Source: Phycisphaeraceae bacterium
Lineage (GTDB): Bacteria; Planctomycetota; Phycisphaerae; Phycisphaerales; Phycisphaeraceae
NCBI GenBank assembly: GCA_963674705.1
Contig: OY771506.1
Coordinates: 4,736,001 to 4,800,000, forward strand
Reading direction: 5' to 3'
Length of the DNA: 64,000 bases
In this document: positions 10,865 to 21,208 of the stretch, one piece after another
Position numbering within the stretch: position 1 is the first letter of the stretch
Layout of the letters: each line of letters begins with the position of its first letter
Notes under the pieces: generated by a model
Seen by the model: only the letters and a program-made list of their open reading frames with translations
Databases searched by the model: none
What the model was told of the DNA's origin: nothing
Program-made: the position numbers and the translations under genes

Positions 10865-11407
10865 TTAGTTCAACTGGTAGTGTTCAAGCGTCGCTAGTGC
10901 GTGGTATGCCGCGAACGGAACAGACAATACCGGCTCGTGATCGTCAAGTGCATCCAGCACCTCCTGGATGGGCGGCGGCGCACCACGTTCGACCCAGTTA
11001 CGCAACACGTAATGTGCTCCTGTGCGTAGCGTTTCACACTCGGCGTTCTGCTTAAGCGCTTTTAGCAAAGGATTGACAGCGGCATTAGGCATCGCCGCCA
11101 GCGCCTTGGCCGCAACCCAACGTACATCTGATTCAGGATCCTCTAGTGCCAGGGTCAGGGCCTGCGCCGACGCGGGATCTGACAGTTGCTCAAGGGCCTT
11201 GGCGGCTTCCCATCGGAGTTTCGGTGAGTCGCTCATAAGCGCCTCGATTAAAGGCTCGGTGACGGCACGGCCGATCGCAACCAGTTCCTTACGTGCATGT
11301 TTGCGTTTCAAGCCGTGTCCATCGCGCATCACCTCAAGCAGGTCTCGGATCTTTTGCGAGCGTCTCTCATCCGCTTCGGGTTGAATCGCAGTGGTTCGGT
11401 GTAACAT
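10865..11407 (-). CDS. HEAT/PBS-lyase repeat protein
   Basis: Repeated 'LIEAL..D...LRWEAAKAL' and 'LALEDPESDVRWVAAKAL' helices; AAGGAGAG RBS upstream. Confidence 0.85.
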   Translation of the reverse strand: MLHRTTAIQPEADERRSQKIRDLLEVMRDGHGLKRKHARKELVAIGRAVTEPLIEALMSDSPKLRWEAAKALEQLSDPASAQALTLALEDPESDVRWVAAKALAAMPNAAVNPLLKALKQNAECETLRTGAHYVLRNWVERGAPPPIQEVLDALDDHEPVLSVPFAAYHALATLEHYQLN

Positions 11408-11493
11408 GATTCTCTCCTTTCCCAGGAGTGTTAAAGTGGAACTTGGTCGTGGCCGTGCACGTCATCCGGGCTACATTCAATACGTGAATTCGC

Positions 11494-13017
11494 TTAGGGT
11501 TCCATGTATAGACTTGCCAACGCTGCTGCTTTTTGAGCATCCGCATGAGTCAGGTTCGGTGTGGAGATGTACCACGCCGTCCAGTCATACGGGGCGTCAC
11601 CCACCTGGATCAGGTTGTCCACGGACCAGATACCATCTGTGTAGAACGCGACCCACTGTGCTGCGTTACGTTCGTACCAATGGTTCACCTTGCCGGTGAG
11701 GGTCGCCTTTCCGTCTTCAACTTTCACATGGATCGCATCGGCGCTCCACCGTGTTTCATCATTGTTGGCAAGCCGATCTTCAATACGCTGTTCGAGAGAC
11801 GCGTTGCTGAACTCCGGTGCATAATTGAGCGAGATTTCATTGGTCAGATCCCGCACGCCGGGGATACCCGCCACGAGATCTGTAGCGTGCTGGCGCTCAT
11901 ACATGGTGTCGACCATACCCGTCAGCGTGACCTTGCCATCCTTGACATGGAACTTGACCGATTGCGGATCGATCAGGTAGTCGCTATCGATCTGCGACCT
12001 GATATCTCTCTGGATAGCGTCATCCGATCGATGAACCACGTGTACGGTCAGCAGGTTGGTTACCCATCCCACGCCAACCACATCACCGGCATCCTTCGCC
12101 GCGATTATCTTCTGATCATACGTGGGTACGGTGCCATACAGCGTGATGTGGCCTTCAGAAGCTTCGACCGTGATGTCGTACGGGTCCAACCTCAGGTCTT
12201 CATTCAACTCAGCCAGCACCGAACTCTGAAGCTCGCTCTCGCTGGGTAGCGGCGTCATCTTCCGCACACCCTGATCGTCCAGCCATACCACCGTTAACTG
12301 GTTGTCCACATCAATCACATTCGACACCCACCGGGTATCTTCGGCAGCCCGATCTTTTTCTTGCAGGTTGCCTACCGTACCGGTGAGTTTGACAATCCCA
12401 TTGTGCACAGTAACAGATACCGGCAGACCGGTCAGATAAACATCCCGATGCAGCGCCGCATTGACATCATTGGCGATCTCACTGTCAGAACGCTGCATGC
12501 TATATGTCACCTTCAGCTTATTGATGACTTCCTTAACGCCGCGCACCTCACTGGCCAGCAGATCAGCCTGCTGGTGCTCAGACCAAGACTTGACCTTGCC
12601 CTCAAGTGTCACGACGCCGTCCTTCACATACACAGACAATCCTTGTGATTCAATCGCACTGCTGTCGATCAGACGCTGTCGGACATCCGTGGCGATATCC
12701 ATGTCGTAACGGAAGTCCGGCATGACGGTCAGTTCATCAACCACACCGCGGACGCCATTGACTTTCTTGGCTTCGAGCACCGCGTATTTTCGCGCCGCCA
12801 GATCGGGTACGCTACCCGTGAGCGTCACAATGCCGTCTACCGTGCTCGTATGGACCTCGGGCTCGGTCACACGCTGATCTTCGCGTAATGCCAGTTTTAC
12901 CCAGGACGTAATCGATGCATCATCTGGCCGCACCGCAGCCCATGTCGCCGCGGGTGACGCTACGACTGTAGCCGCCAGCACCAACGACATAATTTGTTGT
13001 TTCGTTTTGCCGTTCAT
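11494..13017 (-). CDS. Secreted multi-BON-domain protein (about 6 BON domains)
   Basis: Signal peptide; six repeats of 'V..G.VTL.G.V......A...A..V.GV..V.N.L'. Confidence 0.9.
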   Translation of the reverse strand: MNGKTKQQIMSLVLAATVVASPAATWAAVRPDDASITSWVKLALREDQRVTEPEVHTSTVDGIVTLTGSVPDLAARKYAVLEAKKVNGVRGVVDELTVMPDFRYDMDIATDVRQRLIDSSAIESQGLSVYVKDGVVTLEGKVKSWSEHQQADLLASEVRGVKEVINKLKVTYSMQRSDSEIANDVNAALHRDVYLTGLPVSVTVHNGIVKLTGTVGNLQEKDRAAEDTRWVSNVIDVDNQLTVVWLDDQGVRKMTPLPSESELQSSVLAELNEDLRLDPYDITVEASEGHITLYGTVPTYDQKIIAAKDAGDVVGVGWVTNLLTVHVVHRSDDAIQRDIRSQIDSDYLIDPQSVKFHVKDGKVTLTGMVDTMYERQHATDLVAGIPGVRDLTNEISLNYAPEFSNASLEQRIEDRLANNDETRWSADAIHVKVEDGKATLTGKVNHWYERNAAQWVAFYTDGIWSVDNLIQVGDAPYDWTAWYISTPNLTHADAQKAAALASLYMEP

Positions 13018-13080
13018 CTTTCATTCCTTTCATGAACTCAAATCACACTCCGTGTGATTGTTATTTGTGTCGTTTCAAAA

Positions 13081-13135
13081 TATGCGTGGTTTTGGTGGTG
13101 CCTGTTGGTTACAAGCACCACCAGAGACACGCATA
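13081..13135 (-). terminator. Long stem-loop upstream of the BON gene (terminator or mRNA stabiliser)
   Basis: TATGCGTG..TTGGTGGTGC pairs with GCACCACCAG..CACGCATA; followed by TTTT on the minus strand. Confidence 0.5.
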
Positions 13136-13384
13136 ATCAACAAAATGCCTCATTCATCTGAATCGGGAGCGGTTTTGCGATCACGGCGGCCGAGGTAATC
13201 CGTTGCCTCGGCTCGGCCGTGGTCTTTTCCTTGAATGTGTGATTGTGGCGGGTGACATAAGAAACTCCTTGGTATTTGCCTTCGCGTCCTCAATCTCGGA
13301 CCGCCCGGGATTGAAGACACGAGATACTTCGCTTCATGTAACCGAGAGCCACACTCGCCATCGCGAACAAGTCGACAATCAGTC

Positions 13385-13945
13385 TCATGCTTCGCCATTG
13401 CCGGCCTTCTTGTTACTTGCATGGCCCGCTTGCTGATTTTCTTGGAAACCTTTAGCGGTTAAAGATGCAACCATCTCAAGCAGGTCCTGCATCTCAAATG
13501 GCTTGTCCAATGTTGCCGCGGCTCCCAGCTCAGCGGCGCGCTCATGTGTGCTTGCGTCACCGAATGCGGTAATAAATACGAACGGCGGCACATGGCAGTC
13601 GCAGTAGCGCATCCCTTCAAGTGCCTCTATGCCACTGATGCCGGGCATCCGTATGTCTGATATCACCAGGTCGAAGTTTTGCGGTGCCCCCGAAGAATCC
13701 ATAAAAAACTCCAGCATGTGCAGGATATCCGGTGACCGCTCAACGTCGTAGCCTTCAAGCTCCAGCATGTGAGCGATCATTTCGCGCATCTCGCCGTCAT
13801 CTTCAACGACAAGAACACGCGCCGTTCGCCCGGGTCGATGTACAGGTGCCTCAGTATGGGGTTGTGTCTTAGGCTGTTTGACGTCCCGGGCGGGCGGCGT
13901 GCTTCGTACAGTATTGAAACTTTCTGCCATCATGGTATTACTCAC
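13385..13945 (-). CDS. Stand-alone response regulator receiver protein
   Basis: VLVVEDD, DLVISDIRMPG, ITAFG and KPF motifs; no output domain. Confidence 0.9.
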   Translation of the reverse strand: MSNTMMAESFNTVRSTPPARDVKQPKTQPHTEAPVHRPGRTARVLVVEDDGEMREMIAHMLELEGYDVERSPDILHMLEFFMDSSGAPQNFDLVISDIRMPGISGIEALEGMRYCDCHVPPFVFITAFGDASTHERAAELGAAATLDKPFEMQDLLEMVASLTAKGFQENQQAGHASNKKAGNGEA

Positions 13946-13990
13946 TTATGAGCCTTTTGAACACATCGTTTGGCTCACAGGTGTTATCAA

Positions 13991-14006
13991 TGCAAAAGCA
14001 ATACCA
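13991..14006 (-). promoter_or_regulatory. Sigma-54 (-24/-12) promoter for the receiver/BON/HEAT/ATPase unit
   Basis: Minus strand reads TGGTATTGCTTTTGCA (GG-N10-GC), about 45 bp upstream of the start codon and next to an NtrC-type activator gene. Confidence 0.7.
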
Positions 14007-14264
14007 GAACGGTCGATCGTGAGGTGAATTATCCGGAATTCTCAGCCCCATCCGGAATAGCGTTCAAGAAAGCGGCTTTTCATATCAAGAATTAATGCAT
14101 CGATAATTTCCACCTCCATTTTAAAGGAGGTCCTCGCAATAGATGCCATATCGAGTCGCGCTGCGTTTTGTCACGCTGTGGCATTATGCCCCTGATGAAC
14201 ATACGCTTTTAAATAGAAGTGGTAGCATCCGCGAGGATCCATCATCAGACCCGGCTATATTTTA

Positions 14265-15620
14265 TTACTCGCTATCCTGTTGCAGCTTGCGATAAAGTGT
14301 TTTGCGGTCCATCCCGAGGATCCGTGCGGCGGTGGTCTTGTTCTCTCCCACCGCTTTCATCACATGACTGATATACCGGCGTTCAACTTCCTCCATCGAT
14401 ACCAGCTCCGCCGGGTCCTGGCTGCCCAGGATGATCTGCGAACTCTTGTAGGCACGGATTCGCTGGGGGAGATCTTCAACGATTAGTTCCTCGAAACCCG
14501 TCAAGGCCACCGCGTGCTCAATAGCGTTTCGCAACTCACGCACATTACCCGGCCAGGCATAGTCCGTCAGCTTCTCTGCCACTGCACGCGACATCCCCGT
14601 TACAGACTTACCCGAACCCTCGGCAAACTGTTCGATATAGTGCTGCGCTAATAACAACACATCACTGCCCCTCGCTCGCAGCGGTGGCAGATTGATCTGG
14701 ATCACATTGATCCGGAAGTAAAGGTCTTCGCGGAAACGCCCTTCTTCCACCGCCGTCTCTAGATCTCGGTTCGTGGCACACACCACACGCACATCGAAAG
14801 GCTCTTCTTTATTCGCACCGACCGGCCTCACCCGACGCTCCTCAAGGGCTCGCAGTAACTTCGATTGCAGAGCAGATGGCATATCTCCTATCTCGTCGAA
14901 AAACAGCGTCCCCCCGTCGGCCTCAAAGATAAGCCCCTTGCGCGCCTGCGCGGCATCCGTAAACGCACCTCGCGTATGACCGAACAACTCACTCTCCAAC
15001 AGATTGTCCGGCAAGGCGGCGCAGTTCAACGCCACAAATGGTTTATCCTTTCGCCGGCTACGTCGGTGCAGCGCCCTCGCCACCAACTCCTTGCCCGTCC
15101 CGCTCTCGCCACGGATCAAAACCGATGTCTCAGAGTCTGCTATTCGGCTCAGACGCCCGTACATATCTTTCATGGCGGGGCTGTTCCCGAGTATCTCCTC
15201 AAATCGGCCGACATCCTGGACCGCCTCGCTCAGGCGTTTAACTTTTTCCTGTAACGATCTGTGCTCGATCGCACGTTGCAGTGTCAGCGCCAGCATCTCC
15301 ATCTCAACCGGCTTGGTAACAAAGTCATACGCACCCGCCCGGATCGCGGCCACCGCACTATCCAGATTGCCGAATGCTGTCATGACCACAACGGGTACAT
15401 CAGGATGGTTCTCGCTGATGCGCGTACACAGATCGATCCCATCCATCCCGGGCATGCGTAGGTCGGTCAATACCACGTCATATGTATCCACCTTGATTGC
15501 CTCAAACGCATCCGCAGCGCTTGTGTGCCAGGAAACATCCAGACCCCGACGCGTCAGGTCCGCTTCCATTAACTCACACATATCTTGATCATCGTCCGCA
15601 ATCAGAACACGTCCGCTCAT
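14265..15620 (-). CDS. Sigma-54-dependent (NtrC/ZraR family) response regulator
   Basis: Receiver domain, GESGTGKE, ESELFGH, GAFTDA, FREDLYFR, WPGNVREL and a Fis HTH. ATG at 15620 overlaps the kinase stop. Confidence 0.95.
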   Translation of the reverse strand: MSGRVLIADDDQDMCELMEADLTRRGLDVSWHTSAADAFEAIKVDTYDVVLTDLRMPGMDGIDLCTRISENHPDVPVVVMTAFGNLDSAVAAIRAGAYDFVTKPVEMEMLALTLQRAIEHRSLQEKVKRLSEAVQDVGRFEEILGNSPAMKDMYGRLSRIADSETSVLIRGESGTGKELVARALHRRSRRKDKPFVALNCAALPDNLLESELFGHTRGAFTDAAQARKGLIFEADGGTLFFDEIGDMPSALQSKLLRALEERRVRPVGANKEEPFDVRVVCATNRDLETAVEEGRFREDLYFRINVIQINLPPLRARGSDVLLLAQHYIEQFAEGSGKSVTGMSRAVAEKLTDYAWPGNVRELRNAIEHAVALTGFEELIVEDLPQRIRAYKSSQIILGSQDPAELVSMEEVERRYISHVMKAVGENKTTAARILGMDRKTLYRKLQQDSE

Positions 15621-17086
15621 GACATTCCCTCGCTGGGCAGATAGACCGAGAAACGGCTGCCCTCGCCGGGCACACTCGATACGTCGATCCATCCGCCGTG
15701 CTCTCTTACAATACCGTATGCAATCGACAGCCCCAACCCCGTGCCTTCACCGACATCTTTTGTCGTAAAAAATGGCTCGAAAACATGTTTCAAATCATCG
15801 TCGCTGATGCCCTGTCCGATGTCGGCAACTGAAATACATACGTACGACCCCGCATCCGCCTCCACACCCTCAGGGGGGATGCCGTGAACCTCTTCAAGGC
15901 CGACGTTCACACGGCCGCCTCGCGGCATCGCCTGGATAGCGTTCATAATCAGATTGGTTATCACCTGATTCAACTGCCCCGCATCGCCACGGGCAAATAA
16001 AGCACCCCCCCCCCCCTCTAGGACGAGTTCCACATTCTCCCGACGGCCTAAAGGCTGCAACAGACTGACCGCCTGGCCCGCGACCTCGGTCATATCAACC
16101 GACTGTTTCTTGACGCTTTGGTTGCGTGCAAAGTCCAGCAGTTGCCTTATGATCTGTGTCATCCTGTCCGCCTGGGACTTGATGATCGTTGCATATTTAA
16201 CCGTCTCATCATTTGATAAATCACCTCTGGCGACCATACCGGCTCGGCCGGAAACTACGTTCAAAGGCGTGCCCAACTCATGCGCGATCCCCGAAGCCAA
16301 CCGCCCAACCGTCGTCAAACGATCGGCATGCCGCAACTGCTCCATCGCATTCAATCGCGCGTCCGCCTCGTCTGCCGCTTTGCGTTGTGCCGCTCCAAGA
16401 TTGACACACATATCGTTCATCACCCCAGCAAGCTCGGTCAATTCATCATGCCCCCGCAACACAACCGGGCCTGTCAAATCACCATCTCCGATCCGCCGTG
16501 CCTTGTATATCAATCGATTCAGCGGCCGACCTATCGACACCAATCCTAGCAACATCGCTACAGCGCCACCGATGAGGATCATCGCCACCGTTATTAATAG
16601 CACGCGCACCACGACGTGCTGGGTATAGACCGACAACCATGTCGCCGATTCCACCAGCTCCAGCACACCGATTCGTTCTGCTTCAATCGCAACCGGAACA
16701 TACATCCGCTGCTGCTTTAATGTATCTGATGAAGTGTCCGGCAAATTAATGATCTGACCATTGCGCAACACGGCTAATTGATCTGCGGTCAGCTTGCTGG
16801 AATGCTCCGTATCGCTCTTGCCTTCAGGCAACCAGACCCACTTCGCGTAGATCGTGCTCTTCTTATCATTCAAATCTGCTAGTTTCTTCACGACCCCGTC
16901 ATCGCCTTCATGTTTCCACATATCCAACAGCGTCGGGCGCAGGTAATCGCTCAGAAGAGCCATATCCTCCTGGATATCGGCCGCATGTAGCCTGCGCATC
17001 CATTGAACAGAAAGATACGCATCTACCGCAAGCAATAGAATAAGCAGGACGATAACCACGGTGACTAGCTTGGCGGCAAGTTTCAT
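15617..17086 (-). CDS. HAMP-domain sensor histidine kinase
   Basis: Two TM segments, HAMP, H-box AHELGTPL, N-box NLIMNA, G boxes DIGQGI, FEPFFTTK, GTGLGL. Confidence 0.95.
   Translation of the reverse strand: MKLAAKLVTVVIVLLILLLAVDAYLSVQWMRRLHAADIQEDMALLSDYLRPTLLDMWKHEGDDGVVKKLADLNDKKSTIYAKWVWLPEGKSDTEHSSKLTADQLAVLRNGQIINLPDTSSDTLKQQRMYVPVAIEAERIGVLELVESATWLSVYTQHVVVRVLLITVAMILIGGAVAMLLGLVSIGRPLNRLIYKARRIGDGDLTGPVVLRGHDELTELAGVMNDMCVNLGAAQRKAADEADARLNAMEQLRHADRLTTVGRLASGIAHELGTPLNVVSGRAGMVARGDLSNDETVKYATIIKSQADRMTQIIRQLLDFARNQSVKKQSVDMTEVAGQAVSLLQPLGRRENVELVLEGGGGALFARGDAGQLNQVITNLIMNAIQAMPRGGRVNVGLEEVHGIPPEGVEADAGSYVCISVADIGQGISDDDLKHVFEPFFTTKDVGEGTGLGLSIAYGIVREHGGWIDVSSVPGEGSRFSVYLPSEGMS
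16005..16016 (-). repeat. G12 homopolymer within the kinase gene (in frame)
   Basis: Twelve consecutive C on the plus strand; encodes E-GGGG. Confidence 0.9.
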
Positions 17087-17393
17087 AGTGCATAACCCCT
17101 CATTGGCATTGTATGCATCCGTTTCAACCGTGCAGGTCCGTCCCAGTATTGCTACAGGCAAACGGGCGATATTGTCTATACGCCCCCCACGTGATCCGGG
17201 TTCCCATTATAAAGATAAGCCTTCTCAGCTAAGTCATTGCCCTTGAATATCTGCACCATTCTGCCACACCTGGTCAAATTGCCCCACTCATCTATTGCGG
17301 GTGCCGAATCCCCTATGCTTATAAAGGCCTTCGATAAGTGGGTAAACACACCACGCAGGCTACAAACGACCTCAAATCCGCTACACATGCTGC

Positions 17394-17409
17394 TGGCATG
17401 AAGATTGCA
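17394..17409 (+). promoter_or_regulatory. Sigma-54 (-24/-12) promoter for the general stress protein gene
   Basis: TGGCATGAAGATTGCA, near-consensus GG-N10-GC, about 70 bp upstream of ATG 17478. Confidence 0.8.
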
Positions 17410-17477
17410 CAGACCTCTTTCGAGTTATCTATGACTGGTTCACGAGATTCTCGAACATAACATTATGGAGCATTGTC

Positions 17478-18050
17478 ATGCCGAATCAAAATGTGATAAG
17501 CACGGAACAAAGTGTTGTTGGCGTATTCGCTACTTTTGCTGAAGCCGAAGCAGCAATCAAGAGACTGGACAAGGCGGACTTCCCCATTGGTCACGTATCG
17601 ATCATCGGCCAGAATCTGGAGAGCGAAAAAGACATCCATGGCTATGTCACGGCGGGCGATGTCGCGAAAACCGGGGCGGCTACAGGGGCGTGGGTGGGCG
17701 GCTTATTCGGCCTGCTGATCGGGGCCGCGTTTGTCTGGGTGCCGGGTTTCGGCCCGCTGATCGTGGCCGGACCTTTCGCCGCCGCGATGCTCGGTGGCGT
17801 TGAAGGTGCAGCCACAGGCGCCGCCGGCGCAGGTTTACTGGGCGCGCTCATTGGTTGGGGCGTGTCTCATAAACACATTCTCAAATACGAAGATCATCTA
17901 CGTGGCGGCCGATACCTTGTCGTCGTTCATGGCGACCATGAAGAAGTCAAGTCTGCTCATGAAGTACTCGCGGATTCCGCCCCGGAGTCACTGGACATGC
18001 ACACGGATGAGACAAATCAACAAGCCGAAGCGATCCAAGAATCTTCGTAG
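17478..18050 (+). CDS. General stress protein (YflT/17M-like N-terminus, glycine-rich membrane segment, DUF1269-like)
   Basis: VVGVF....EAE.AI..L....F...VSIIG; GA..GAW.GGLFGLL.G....PG.GP; YE..L..G.YLVVV; GGAG RBS. Confidence 0.85.
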   Translation: MPNQNVISTEQSVVGVFATFAEAEAAIKRLDKADFPIGHVSIIGQNLESEKDIHGYVTAGDVAKTGAATGAWVGGLFGLLIGAAFVWVPGFGPLIVAGPFAAAMLGGVEGAATGAAGAGLLGALIGWGVSHKHILKYEDHLRGGRYLVVVHGDHEEVKSAHEVLADSAPESLDMHTDETNQQAEAIQESS

Positions 18051-18202
18051 CTACGATGTGTAAAGGACGATTCGATTCGGTGAGTCTGCCGGCCGTGGAA
18101 TCTGAGATGGCATGGTGAATCGTTTACAGATCGTCGCATGAGAGCAAGACACCACAATGCCTGCACGATCTTGATGGCGATGGCTTCGACGGACATGATA
18201 AC

Positions 18203-19716
18203 TTAGCGTCGCTTGACGCCTTGCGTTATACAAACCCTGCTATCGGTTCGAAAAGGTGAAGCAAACAAGCCGTCGGAATTCATCAGTGTGGCTTCCGGAT
18301 TATTAGTTCAGGCATTCCTTACGGTCACTGGTTTTAAGACATCGTCGGATCACACCACAACCGTTTCGCCTTCGATGCGTGCGTTTGCCCAGACATAGGG
18401 TCCATCGCTAGATGCGATAGCAATTCCTATCGGTGGCTCACCATCCGTGGTGGTTAAACCATTACCGACATGCCTCATTTTATGCGGATGTTTGAACCAT
18501 CGATCTGAATACGCTCAGGTGTAGGCCCGGAATACTCAATAGCCCGACCATACACTTGAGCGAGTGCAGCCAGCACCAGACGATACCCGACATCAAGCTT
18601 GTTCCTCGGTTGTATATCATCTGCATCACCAATGTCTATCGTCACCACCATGGCGGCATGTGGTACTGAAAGTGCTTTCAGTTGTGCTTCGCGCAGCTCC
18701 GCCCAATCACTATCGTTCGGTTGCTCAGCACGCTTGCGGAAGTTTGCCAGTTGTACATAGAGAAACAGCAACTCTGGATCATTCCACAACGAACGCCAAT
18801 GATTGATCATTGCGGAGAAATGCCTGCGATACTGCTCAACCCGGGGAGCGTTCTCTTCTCCCTGATACCAGACCACTCCGCGTGTGGTATAAGGCACCAA
18901 CGGCATCAACATTCGGTCGTGCAGCATCGTGGCCCACTTGTATTGCCTGACTTCCCGCGGCCAGAGCGGCTTGGGATCTGCCATGCCCGCCTTTTCCCAG
19001 TCAGTAACCGCCTGGTTGTATTGCTTAAGTGCCTCACGTCGCTCCGGTAAGCACTCAACCATGTAAGCAAATTCAGGATACGGCAGCAGACACACCCGAC
19101 TCATCCACGCCTCGGTGGAAGACCCACCCCATGCATTGGCGATCAGACCGATCGGGCTATCCAGTTAATTTCGTAACTCACGCCCAAAGTAATAGCCTAC
19201 CGCAGAAATGGCTGCCGCTGTCGATGCATCACTGATTACCCAACGCCCTTTCACATCCTGTGGCCCAGCGTCAAGGTCCGCTTTCTCCACCAGGAATAAG
19301 CGCAACTTCGTGTCGTATGCTTCGTCAAGGCTTGTTGAGTCGTGCATGGACTTATCTAGCGGCCATTCCATATTGGATTGACCAGAACAGGGCCAAACCT
19401 CACCTATGAGAATGTCACGCAAAGTGATGCCTTGCCCGTCACAAACAACATCCATTGTCTGGGGGCCGCCGGCAGACATCGGCGGCAGCACCGCCTGCCA
19501 CTTGCCTTGAGCAGCCACTTTTCAACGAACCGTTTGATTGTTGAACGAAACCGCAAGGTCCGGACCCGGGCTTCCCGTCCCCCAGACTTTGACGGGTTTA
19601 TCCGCCTGAAACACCATGTGGTCGCCGAAGATGGCAGCAAGTTCAACGCCGAAAGTGACGTTCGAAAGACAGAGAATGACAAACGTGAATACGTTAACTT
19701 CTCGCATCTTAATCAT
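18203..19716 (-). pseudogene. Sialate O-acetylesterase (SASA) family pseudogene
   Basis: Fragments with FGDHMVFQ, GEVW.CSGQSNME, SAVGYYFG, WYQGE, VQLANF, ELREAQ and ASPFRTD. Several frameshifts and a W-to-stop in the RNA*TNNP motif. Confidence 0.85.
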
Positions 19717-21084
19717 GTATAATAGGCTGCTGTTCGTACTCACGGATCCGATCTGCTTCGACCGATTCACACCACGCGTTAAGCAAGGCATTCATCAGAG
19801 CGACTCGTTCAGCATGATCTTTCGCACAATCGTTTGCTTCAGTTGGATCGGCCGCCAGATCAAACAAGACAGGCAGTTTATCCGAATCCTCAGGGTTGAT
19901 GCTACGGGTTACAAACGGGCGGACAAGCTTCCAATTGCCCTCGCGGATTGCGGCATGGTGGGTGTAATTCGGAACCCCGCGGTTCCATTGCCAATAACGC
20001 CTGACGGATTCTTGTTGTGTTTGTTTGTCTCCGACGAGTAAAGGGAAGAAACTATCTCCATCCAGCGGCGTCGATGCCTGATCGTCGATGCCGCAGAGCG
20101 CAAGGATCGTGGGAAACACATCCACAAAGTGGACCACTTCCTCGATATGAGTGGCCTTGAAAGGCCCGGGGCAATAAACCAGAAACGGGACCTGTATCCC
20201 TCCCTCATAGATTTGATACTTTGTTCCTCGAAGGTTTTGATTAAACCGTGTTCCGGTGATGGGGTCGGGGCCATTGTCGCTGGCGAATATCACGAGAGTC
20301 TTCTCTGACAGTTCGAGTTTATCAAGTTCTAAGATCAATTCTCGAATACCCCGATCTATGACTTCGATCATCGCGTAGATCGTCGCGGTGGATTCATCAA
20401 ATCCCATCTGGCGTTTGTGCGCCACGCGTTCTCCAGGTGCTTCCAAGGGGCGGTGCGGCACATAGTGGGCCAGATGTAGAAAGAACGGCTCTTCACGATG
20501 ACGTCGTACAAACACAAACGCCCTTTTCGATAAATCCTCGGTGAGGTACTGATCGGTTACTTCGAGAATGTCTTTGTCTACCGTAAATACATACTTGAAG
20601 TATGAGAGGACCTGCGACCTACCGAATCCCTCATATTCATCAAAGCCGTGTTCGAGTGGGTTTGGCTGGTGGTCTTCACCGAGACCGCAATACCATTAGC
20701 CTATCAGTCCGGTTATGTATCCATGAGACCTCAAAACCTCGGCGATGGTTGTTTCTTCGTGTTTGAGCCGGGTGAGTTCGGGATACTTGTTCATGTTGAG
20801 GGTGACCACACCCGTGCGATGCGGGTAACGCCCCGTCAACAACGCGGCACAGGCCGGGGCACAGACACATGAAGCGCCGTAAGCCTGATCAAACCACACG
20901 CCTTGTTTTGCCAATACGTTAATATTGGGGTATTACTCCGGCCGTCATTCTGGAAGGACAAATCTCCGATCACCATGTCATCCGCGAGAATCAGGATGAT
21001 GTTCGGATGCTCGACCTCAGCAGCGCAGATCGAGTTGACCAATACCAAGACCAACAAGCAGACGGTGGCTAATGTAAGATTCAT
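19709..21084 (-). pseudogene. Arylsulfatase-family pseudogene
   Basis: PNIILILADD; the CxPxR motif is degenerate (CAPAC), followed by ALLTGRY; SDNG, YEGGI.VPF, LFDL..DP.E. Split over three or more frames. Confidence 0.85.
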
Positions 21085-21208
21085 CCGATATCTCTCAAGC
21101 GTTGTTAACGCTGCCAAGCTTTCGCGTCTTGACCTTTTGTATTAAGCTCAGATTAATAAAACCAAGGATATAGCGATCAATTCTAGTGATGGCTGGTATC
21201 GGGCCAAG

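Noticed and set aside
11533..12249. 238-aa plus-strand ORF, and similar long antisense ORFs (15004-15588, 48224-48862, 60431-61003)
   Set aside because: Antisense shadows of well-supported genes in GC-rich DNA; no motifs or RBS.
13150..13422. 90-aa ORF between the receiver and BON genes
   Set aside because: No recognisable motifs and it overlaps the receiver gene; the shorter alternative sORFs have better start signals.
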